Assembly: GCA_963662285.2 (NCBI GenBank) | Contig: CAXXMV010000003.1 | Span: 371,613 to 435,612 of the forward strand | DNA from: a bacterium | GTDB taxonomy: Bacteria; Hinthialibacterota; Hinthialibacteria; Hinthialibacterales; Hinthialibacteraceae | Length of the DNA: 64,000 nt | Direction: 5' to 3' | Shown here: one piece after another, positions 37,250-45,231 of the stretch | Layout of the letters: each line of letters opens with the position of its first letter | How positions within the stretch are numbered: position 1 is the first letter of the stretch | Translations under genes and position numbers: made by a program | Notes under the pieces: generated by a model | Told to the model about the DNA's origin: nothing | What the model saw: only the letters and a program-made list of their open reading frames with translations | The model's database searches: none

Positions 37250-38632
37250 TTACTCGGTTTCCTCTTCTGATTTTGTTAATCCGTATTCGTGCAATTTTCT
37301 GATCAATGTTCTGCGACCGATGCCCAGGACTTCAGCGGTTTTGGTACGGTTGCCATTGAATTTATCCAAACTTTGGAGAATGACTTGTTTTTCTATGTCT
37401 GATAATTTGACGTCTCCACTGGCTATGGTTTTGGGGATGCCAACTTGATCCATTTCAGTTTCTTTCCTGATTTCCAAAGGAACATTGTCCGCATTTAACT
37501 GGTCGTTGCGCGCCAGTATAACCATACTTTCTATAACGCCTTGCAGTTCCCTGATGTTACCCGGCCATGAGTATTGTTTGAAAATAGCGACAATTTCATC
37601 GGCGAACTTAATGGATGGTCTGCCGTTTTCTTTGGCATAATGTTTGACGAAACTTTTGGTCAGCAACGGGATGTCATCCAACCGGTCCCGCAGAGGAGGC
37701 GTATTCAGGGTGACCACCTTGAGACGGTAGAAGAGGTCTTCGCGGAACTTTTCATTATCAACCTGTTTTTGCAAATCCATATTGCTGGCGGCGATGATGC
37801 GGATATCAACCGCGATAGTATCCGATCCACCAACCCGCTCGAACTCTTTTTCCTGTAGAACTCGCAACAGTTTGACCTGGAGACTGGTCGATATTTCGCT
37901 GATTTCATCCAGGAATATAGTTCCCTTATGCGCTTGTTCAAAACGGCCTTTGCGTTGTTTGATGGCTCCGGTGAAAGCGCCGCGTTCATGTCCGAAAAGT
38001 TCGCTTTCCAACAGATTCTCCGACAAAGCGGCGCAATGAATGGGGACGAAAAGATGGTTGTTGCGGGGACTAATTTTGTGAATGGCTTGCGCCACCAGTT
38101 CTTTACCTGTTCCGGTTTCACCAGTAATGAGCACGTTCGCTTTAGTCGGCGCCACTTGTTTGATCTGTTGGATCAACTCTTTAACCGGTTCGCTCTGCCC
38201 GATGATTCCTTCGAAGCCTTCAGTTTTTTCATCCCGTTCGCGGTGATATTCAATCTCCAGTTCCATCTGATTCTTATTGAGAATCTGTTCGACCAGCACT
38301 TCCAGTTCGTCAAGATCAACTGGTTTGGTAAGGTAGTTATAGGCGCCGTATTTCATCGCCTTCACCGCCATTTTAATATCGCCATAAGCGGTAAGAACAA
38401 TGACATCAATATCCGGTTTTGCTTTTTTGGCTTTTTTGAGCAGCGTCATGCCATCCATACCGGGCATGCGCACATCAGTGATTAAAAGGTCATAGCTGTT
38501 TTTTTGAAGTTTGTAATATGCTTCATCACCATCGGCGGCTATATCAATTGAGCGGTATTCATTAATTAATGCTTTACGCAGTCCCTCGCGCGCATTTATT
38601 TCATCATCCGCAATCAAAATTTTTCTGCTCAT
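37250..38632 (-). CDS. Sigma-54-dependent response regulator (NtrC/AtoC family)
   Basis: Receiver ADDE...DVRMP; GETGTGKE, GAFTGA and WPGNIREL; Fis-type HTH. Confidence 0.93.
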   Translation of the reverse strand: MSRKILIADDEINAREGLRKALINEYRSIDIAADGDEAYYKLQKNSYDLLITDVRMPGMDGMTLLKKAKKAKPDIDVIVLTAYGDIKMAVKAMKYGAYNYLTKPVDLDELEVLVEQILNKNQMELEIEYHRERDEKTEGFEGIIGQSEPVKELIQQIKQVAPTKANVLITGETGTGKELVAQAIHKISPRNNHLFVPIHCAALSENLLESELFGHERGAFTGAIKQRKGRFEQAHKGTIFLDEISEISTSLQVKLLRVLQEKEFERVGGSDTIAVDIRIIAASNMDLQKQVDNEKFREDLFYRLKVVTLNTPPLRDRLDDIPLLTKSFVKHYAKENGRPSIKFADEIVAIFKQYSWPGNIRELQGVIESMVILARNDQLNADNVPLEIRKETEMDQVGIPKTIASGDVKLSDIEKQVILQSLDKFNGNRTKTAEVLGIGRRTLIRKLHEYGLTKSEEETE

Positions 38633-38820
38633 CTTTATTTTGTTCCTTATAAGTTTCACAAATTATAATAGGCGATCACATTATGTAACAGAGCTTGTTG
38701 ATAAATGAATAATTACAATTCACGAGCACAGTTAAAATTATATAAGATATAATATAGTTATGAGAATTTTTGACGATAACTTAATTGCTAGAAACAAATA
38801 AGTTAGGGAAACCGTTAATT

Positions 38821-39789
38821 ATGGAATTGCTTTCTACCGCGATTGGACAATTTATTGATTATATTGCCAATACCGAAGGGCGTTCAGCTCATACTGTAGA
38901 GAATTATCAACGCGACCTCGATTTTTTGCTGCAATATCTAATTGATTCAGGATATGCCCAGAGAGGCAATGCGGATTTTTCGCTTAATACTATCGATAAA
39001 CTGGCTTTGCGGGGATTCATGACCTATTTGGTGGATCGAGGGAATACGGCTAAATCGATCAATCGAAGGTTATCGGCATTGCGTTCCTTTTATAATTTTC
39101 TGGAAAGACGGGGTATTATTACCAAAAATCCCACAGAATCGCTTCATTTTATGAAAGAAAAGAAGCGCCTGCCGATTTTTCTCGATCAGGATCGCGCTCA
39201 GGAATTGATGGAACACCCCGGCCCTGACAATGTCAAAGATTCGCCGCTGATCATGCGGGATAGAGCCATGCTGGAATTATTGTATTCAACCGGGATGCGG
39301 GTTTCATCGCTATCAGGCTTGAATTTGAACGATTTTGATTTCGAAAGCAATTCGTTGCGCATCTACGCCAAAGGCGGAAAAACCCAATCTCTTCCGCTAA
39401 GTGATATTGCCCGCCAGGCTTTGGAAGATTATCTGGCCGTAAGACCGATATTACTTAATCGACCCACCAAATCGAGACATGAAAAAGCGCCTCAAGCAAC
39501 TTTTCTGGGACGTTTTGGAGAACGTTTGACCTCACGGGGAGTGCAACTGCGCCTGAAGCGTTATGCGCAATCGCTGGGGCTGGGCAAGACAACCCCCCAC
39601 ACTCTACGCCACTCCTGCGCCACTCATCTGCTGGAAAACGGCGCCAACCTCCGCTTCGTCCAGGAACTGCTGGGACACAGCAGCCTATCCACCACTCAGC
39701 AATATACCCACGTCACCATGAGCCGGGTGCAGGAAGTCTATCAAAAATCGCATCCCCGTTCTGATCAAAATGAACCTTCAGATAGTTAA
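38821..39789 (+). CDS. xerC: Tyrosine recombinase XerC
   Basis: RRLSALRSF, RDRAMLELLYSTGMR, HTLRHSCATHLL, QELLGH, TTQQYTH and terminal HPRS. Confidence 0.88.
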   Translation: MELLSTAIGQFIDYIANTEGRSAHTVENYQRDLDFLLQYLIDSGYAQRGNADFSLNTIDKLALRGFMTYLVDRGNTAKSINRRLSALRSFYNFLERRGIITKNPTESLHFMKEKKRLPIFLDQDRAQELMEHPGPDNVKDSPLIMRDRAMLELLYSTGMRVSSLSGLNLNDFDFESNSLRIYAKGGKTQSLPLSDIARQALEDYLAVRPILLNRPTKSRHEKAPQATFLGRFGERLTSRGVQLRLKRYAQSLGLGKTTPHTLRHSCATHLLENGANLRFVQELLGHSSLSTTQQYTHVTMSRVQEVYQKSHPRSDQNEPSDS

Positions 39790-39932
39790 TACATGAGATA
39801 TTCATATTGTTCATGAAAGTTTAATGACAGGAAAAAGTGTTGTATATTATCTATTCTATGGTAATATGCGAATACAGAAAGGTTTTGCGATGTTGTAATT
39901 ATCCAATTTAGAAAATTAAGTGAGGAATAAAA

Positions 39933-40616
39933 ATGTCTGAGTTTGTTCTTTACATGATGTTGGTTTTTCTTCCTGGAATAATTGCCTATCAAATTTTTGA
40001 TTTATTAACTGAACATCAGGAATATAAATTACACGAGATAATTATATATGCATTTCTGTTTGGAGGCATTAGCTATTTTGTTTATTTCATATTCGGGAAT
40101 ATTTTTAGTGTCGTTATCCACTTGATTCCAATATATGAACCTAAATGGACATTTACGTTTCATTTCCTGGACGCCTTGAAGAATCCCCAAAATGCTGAAT
40201 ATGGTGAAATTTTAGTTGTCTCCCTTCTTTCGATCTTGGTGGGCATTGGAATCACAATCATAAAAACACATAGATGGCTTTATCGAATAGCAGAGAATCC
40301 ACTTGGTTGGTTGATAAAAAGTAACGTGTGGATATCAAAAAAGCATGGGGAGTTAGATACCTTTACTTATTTAATGGATGCAACCAAGGATTCTTGGGTT
40401 ATTATAAGAGATATAGAAGACAATTTTGCTTATTCTGGATCGATTTATTCCTATTCAGCCGGACATGAAAGAAATGAATTATTCTTAACAGATGTAATAG
40501 TCTACGATAATGCAACAGGGGAAAAAATAATGTCATCGCCTGGGATTTACCTTTCCAAACCAAAAGAAAAATACATTATAGAATTATCCGTTTCTGAGAA
40601 ATGTGATATAATATAA
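39933..40616 (+). CDS. Hypothetical membrane protein (DUF6338-like)
   Basis: FLPG in the first TM segment, three TM segments, then a beta-rich domain WVII...YSGSI...ELFLTDV; AT-rich. Confidence 0.55.
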   Translation: MSEFVLYMMLVFLPGIIAYQIFDLLTEHQEYKLHEIIIYAFLFGGISYFVYFIFGNIFSVVIHLIPIYEPKWTFTFHFLDALKNPQNAEYGEILVVSLLSILVGIGITIIKTHRWLYRIAENPLGWLIKSNVWISKKHGELDTFTYLMDATKDSWVIIRDIEDNFAYSGSIYSYSAGHERNELFLTDVIVYDNATGEKIMSSPGIYLSKPKEKYIIELSVSEKCDII

Positions 40617-40647
40617 AATAAGAATAAACCATAAGGGGATAAAAATA

Positions 40648-40860
40648 ATGTCAAATGATTTAGAAAAAAAGATTGTTTTCCAAGAAGGATACGTTCATAA
40701 AGGTCGAGTACTTGGAAATCCTACAACTCCTCGTCCAAGTTATACGATACAGGGAATGGGTGGGGGATCAAAAACCTCAACAGGTACTACAAATGAAAAC
40801 GGAGGAAAATCCGAGCAAGGAAATGATATTGCTGATAAAAATGACCCTGTAAACGAATAA
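40648..40860 (+). CDS. Small hypothetical protein, low-complexity
   Basis: AAGGGG RBS; 70 aa, directly downstream of the membrane protein. Confidence 0.55.
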   Translation: MSNDLEKKIVFQEGYVHKGRVLGNPTTPRPSYTIQGMGGGSKTSTGTTNENGGKSEQGNDIADKNDPVNE

Positions 40861-41014
40861 ATAATCTTCATTCAGCCTACCTCCTATCCTCGCTTATTCT
40901 GTTACAAAAATTATAGTTATGCGTTATATATTCAATTAGCCGAATTGATATTCCATGAGAAAATCTGTTCATTATCTATGTATTAAGATACAATTTGAAT
41001 AATTGGTCAGGCCT

Positions 41015-41152
41015 GGGCGCCAAGGGCAAGAGCGCATTGCGCTCAGCCCTTGATTGAACCACCTACGATAAGGTGAAAAACCTTAACTTAATGACATTGG
41101 GGCTAGGGTGTGAGTAACATCATAGCCTGGGGAGCATCGGCTTCTAGCCGGT
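41015..41152. repeat. Composite repeat cluster: family C hairpin, 17-bp motif and family B REP
   Basis: Copies at 41015-41062, 41083-41099 and 41119-41152. Confidence 0.7.
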
Positions 41153-41203
41153 TTGCCAAAACCCTTGATCAAGCCACCAACGATGATTTATAAACAAACG
41201 CCA

Positions 41204-41857
41204 ATGGATGAATTAAATAACAATAAGTGGAAAGCAACTGAACAATTTCTATTCAAGCATTTAGTAGAAGTATTGATCCTCAGCGGGATACTCTTGCTGC
41301 TGATAACTGCTGTTGCGCCTATTTATCAGCGAAGTTTGATAAAATCAAAGGTATCAAGTTCTTATGAGAGCCTCACTGAGTTGGTTGAAGCATTGATGCT
41401 CTATTCTCATGAGCAGCCCATTAATCAGGTTTTCCCTCCATCACAATCCACCTCGACGCCGGGGATATCGCTATGTCCCATTATCGATCCATTTCCGGGC
41501 AATCTGGCATTTCTAACCACTCCGGTTTCTTATCTATCCAATGTGCCCTGCGATCCTTTTGTCAGCCAAGTGATTGATTCGTCAGAATTTCTGACGCCTT
41601 TTGTAGTTCATTGGATTCGTTCTGGAAACGACCATTCACTTATGGCTTCAGGATACACCAATATAGGATGGGGCGCCTTCAGCATCGGTCCGGCCTTAGA
41701 CTTGCCGCCGCAGTACAACATTACCATCCTACGCCGCGTCCCATACGAAAACGGCTCATTAAGCAGAAATCTTTATAATCCCAGCAACGGCATGACCAGC
41801 GTAGGATTAATCTACTACGACAGCCTGGGAAACAGATCATCTGTATCTGAAATGTAA
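41204..41857 (+). CDS. Divergent pilin-like paralog lacking a canonical cleavage motif
   Basis: Shares LTTPVSYLSNVPCDPF, SIGP and YNPSNG motifs with the other pilin-like genes; start position uncertain. Confidence 0.7.
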   Translation: MDELNNNKWKATEQFLFKHLVEVLILSGILLLLITAVAPIYQRSLIKSKVSSSYESLTELVEALMLYSHEQPINQVFPPSQSTSTPGISLCPIIDPFPGNLAFLTTPVSYLSNVPCDPFVSQVIDSSEFLTPFVVHWIRSGNDHSLMASGYTNIGWGAFSIGPALDLPPQYNITILRRVPYENGSLSRNLYNPSNGMTSVGLIYYDSLGNRSSVSEM

Positions 41858-41884
41858 GTTATGATTATTGAGTTCGATTCTTTG

Positions 41885-42198
41885 GTCAGAATCAGGATTT
41901 ACCGGATTAAAGTATGAACTTGATAAACATCCTGAGTATCCTTATATCCAGGGTATCCAGATTCAGACAGGCTTTTCTCTTTTGTCAGAATCAGGATTTG
42001 CCGGATTAAAGGATGAACTTGATAAAAGCCTAAACTAACATCCAGGGTATCCTTCCATCCAGGGTATCCAGTTTCAGACAGGCTTTTCTCTTTGGTCAGA
42101 ATCAGGATGTGCCGGATTAAAGGATGAACTTGACAAAAGCCTAAACAAACATCATGAGTATCCTTTTATCCAGGGCATCCAGATTCAAACAGGCTTTT
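41885..42198 (+). repeat. Three tandem ~100-111 bp hairpin repeat units
   Basis: Units start at 41885, 41984 and 42095: GTCAGAATCAGGAT...ATCCAG(A/T)TTCA(G/A)AC-AGGCTTTT. Confidence 0.92.
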
Positions 42199-42569
42199 CA
42201 GGTCTTCCGAAATAATCGCTTAAACTCGAGTTTAAGACCGCCAAAATTGATGAGCAATCCAATATCGATATTATAGGCTGTCAGGTAGTTTAATCCTTGG
42301 GCAATATGGACATCTTCCAATTTCGTTAGAGCTTTCAATTCTACTATAACGATGTTTTCTACTAAAAAATCTACACGTCTTAATCCGATTTCCTGCTCTT
42401 TATAAAAAATAGGCATCTCTTGCTCACGGGCAAAACCGATCTTTGCTTCTACCAATTCTATAGCGAGCGCCTTTTGATAAATGACTTCTTGAAAACCGCC
42501 GCCTAGAAAGTTATGAACGTTCATGGCGCAGCCAATGATTTTATGCGTTAACGGATCGTCGACAGTCAT
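42198..42569 (-). CDS. GxxExxY protein (PD-(D/E)xK nuclease fold)
   Basis: GFQEVIY, RVDFLVE...VELKA, QGLNYL and GLLINFG motifs. Confidence 0.92.
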   Translation of the reverse strand: MTVDDPLTHKIIGCAMNVHNFLGGGFQEVIYQKALAIELVEAKIGFAREQEMPIFYKEQEIGLRRVDFLVENIVIVELKALTKLEDVHIAQGLNYLTAYNIDIGLLINFGGLKLEFKRLFRKT

Positions 42570-42592
42570 TTTTTTAGTAGGCCTCTCATTTT

Positions 42593-42797
42593 ATCAGAAT
42601 CAGGATTTGCCGGATTAAAGGATGAACTTGATAAAAGCCTAAAACAAACATCCTGCATATCCTTCCATCCAGGGTATCCAGTTTCAGACAGGCTTTTCTC
42701 TTTTGTCAGAATCAGGATTTGCTGGATTAAAGGATTAACTTGATAAACATCCTGAATATCCTTCTATCCGGGGTATCCAGATTCAGACGGGCTTTTC
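42593..42797 (+). repeat. Two further tandem hairpin repeat units
   Basis: Units start at 42593 and 42705, same orientation as 41885-42198. Confidence 0.92.
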
Positions 42798-42835
42798 TAT
42801 CACAGTTGTTTAATTACATCAATGGAAAATCAGGA

Positions 42836-44629
42836 TTATTGCAAGGAAGCGCTTCGGGTGGGATCAAGTATCAGCATGTGTTTTATCTCAGACTTGGCTT
42901 TGTCAACCATGCCTAAGGCCTGGTAGGCTTGCGCCATTTTTTGGCGGATGCGCAGGGCGGATGAATCCAGGTTGGCGCACATCTGGTAGTGCGTAATTGC
43001 TTCTTCCTGGCGTCCTACAGTAGACAGAGAATCGGCTAATATCTCATGCAGTAATATCTCATTCGGATTATCTTTAACCGCATGAAGCAGCACGTCTATA
43101 GATCGATCCAACTCAGAATGCAGGAAGAATAATCCTGAAAGACGGGCGTATCCCCAAGTAGAAACATATCCATGTTGCGCTGCTATCGATAGTAGCGATT
43201 CCAGTTTCTCCGGTTCGGGAGTGGCGGGCAGGGCGCCTTGTTTATAAAAAGCAGTTATTGACTCAGTAGCATAGAGCGCCGCTGCATCACTGCGGTACGG
43301 CGTATGATAAAAAGCATTAGCTATGCGTTTTGAATTATCAGATTGTTGTACGGCGTCGAATCTATAGATAGCCCTATCAGTGCGCCAATTCGGGTAGATA
43401 TTCCAAACAATGCTTACCAATAAGAAACCCGTGATGCCAATGCTGGCCCATTTGATGGTTTTGCAGTCGGGCGATTGCTCATCTTCCATCTCCTCGGGAT
43501 CTTCATCAGTTATATGCCCGGCATTCTGAATGCACACGATAGCAATCCATGTAAGAGGATGCGCCAGCCAGATATGGACTGAAGGTCCAATGAATAATCC
43601 CCCGCAGAACAATAGAGAGACTCCGGTTGGATAGCGTAAATCATCCCTACGGCGTGAAAATCCAGCTTCGGCGATCATCAACAATAAACCAATGGCAATA
43701 GCGGAAGGGATGAAATAATCCACCCCGAATTTTGCTTCATTAAAGAATAGAGCCTCTTGGGAAATCCCTCCAATCATAGTAATTGAGGTCTTAACAGGCA
43801 GAATATGTTCAAACATATTAAAAGACTGGTGAGCCAACGCCGCTAAGCGGTCAAATAGACCGAAATACCCCAATAGACACAGCATAATATGTAAAACAGG
43901 AAAAAAGTAAGACCGGATAGTAAAGTTTCGCGGATTACAAGTAAAAAGGAAAAAGATGACCGTAATCAGGCCTGACAGTATAAACAAATCCCGGCTGACC
44001 AATGGACATAGCAGCAACACCCACGCGGCTGGAAACAAACATTGAATACCAGCCAGTTTACGACCGATTCCAGAAAAACTAAAAGCAGCAATCAGAACAG
44101 TAGTAATCGCTGTCGCCATCTGCATAAGAAACACGCCGGTTTGGGATTCAGGGGAGGTTATGGCGCAGGGCAACGTTATTCCTGAATCCAGAGTAAGAGA
44201 GGATGGTGGATACATATTTGAGGTTAATGATGCAAAATTATTAAATGGAAATAACCAGGCCGGTTCAGGGAAATAAAAAGATAGCATCCAGAGCATGACT
44301 GTGGAGATTATCAATCCAACAAAAACCGGCGTCCGGTTGTCTCGAAGTGATATAACCAGAAGAACTCCCATAGCTGATACAGGCCATACCGCATGACGGC
44401 TCCATGAATCAGCTATAGTGAAATATAGCAAAAATATTCCGATAATCAGAACAATATGAAAAGGAGATAATTTATCTTTCGAATTGCGTATGACATTAGA
44501 ATGCAGCGGCAAAAACCGGATTGCCGATAATGCAATAGCCAAGACGGCTAATAACCTTATTCCCGAAGAATATCCGGGAAGCAGGAAGGGAACCGCTAAA
44601 AAGGGAATTAAGAGGAGCAGAGTTCGCAT
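42836..44629 (-). CDS. Polytopic membrane protein with C-terminal TPR-like repeats
   Basis: Many hydrophobic segments; [22 protein letters not shown]-like helices. Confidence 0.7.
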   Translation of the reverse strand: MRTLLLLIPFLAVPFLLPGYSSGIRLLAVLAIALSAIRFLPLHSNVIRNSKDKLSPFHIVLIIGIFLLYFTIADSWSRHAVWPVSAMGVLLVISLRDNRTPVFVGLIISTVMLWMLSFYFPEPAWLFPFNNFASLTSNMYPPSSLTLDSGITLPCAITSPESQTGVFLMQMATAITTVLIAAFSFSGIGRKLAGIQCLFPAAWVLLLCPLVSRDLFILSGLITVIFFLFTCNPRNFTIRSYFFPVLHIMLCLLGYFGLFDRLAALAHQSFNMFEHILPVKTSITMIGGISQEALFFNEAKFGVDYFIPSAIAIGLLLMIAEAGFSRRRDDLRYPTGVSLLFCGGLFIGPSVHIWLAHPLTWIAIVCIQNAGHITDEDPEEMEDEQSPDCKTIKWASIGITGFLLVSIVWNIYPNWRTDRAIYRFDAVQQSDNSKRIANAFYHTPYRSDAAALYATESITAFYKQGALPATPEPEKLESLLSIAAQHGYVSTWGYARLSGLFFLHSELDRSIDVLLHAVKDNPNEILLHEILADSLSTVGRQEEAITHYQMCANLDSSALRIRQKMAQAYQALGMVDKAKSEIKHMLILDPTRSASLQ

Positions 44630-45045
44630 GCAGCCCGTAGTCCTAATAAGTAACTCTGTACGCCAAAACCACAGATTTGACCAGCTGCCACGCCAGCTAT
44701 ATATGAATGCTGGCGGAATTCTTCACGTTTATGGATATTTGAAAGGTGAATTTCCACAGTCGGAAGCCCGGTTGCGGCGATAGCGTCGCGAATTGCTACT
44801 GAAGTGTGAGTATAGGCTGCCGGATTAATCAAAATCGCATCCGCCCAATCCATTGATTCAGCAATTAAAGAAACAATATCGCCTTCGACGTTATGCTGTG
44901 CAATTCTAAGTTCGATTTTAAGGTCATGGGCGAGGTTTTGAAGTTGGTTATTGATGTCATCCAATGTGGTTGAACCATAAATACTTGGTTCGCGTTTGCC
45001 TAAAAGTTGCAGATTCGGTCCATGAATTATTAGTATATTGGGCAT
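44608..45045 (-). CDS. aroQ: Type II 3-dehydroquinate dehydratase
   Basis: [26 protein letters not shown] and [14 protein letters not shown] motifs. Confidence 0.96.
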   Translation of the reverse strand: MPNILIIHGPNLQLLGKREPSIYGSTTLDDINNQLQNLAHDLKIELRIAQHNVEGDIVSLIAESMDWADAILINPAAYTHTSVAIRDAIAATGLPTVEIHLSNIHKREEFRQHSYIAGVAAGQICGFGVQSYLLGLRAACELCSS

Positions 45046-45231
45046 CGTTACATTCCTGTAATTATTCCGTTATAGTGCTATGTGGAATAACGATATTAGG
45101 CGATCAGGCTTATTCAAAGGCCTTTCGCGCAGATTGCATCTTCTATAACATGGTTTATTATATTACCACGATTCTATGGCGTCGGCTAATCCCCAGCGCT
45201 AAAAATATGGGAAGGGATTCTTGTTAAATCC

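Noticed and set aside
38821-39789. Phage or integron integrase
   Set aside because: Length, motifs and the HPRS terminus fit housekeeping XerC; no IntI-specific insertion or phage genes seen
41885-42797. CRISPR array
   Set aside because: Units are ~100-110 bp and near-identical along their whole length, with no unique spacers and no cas genes
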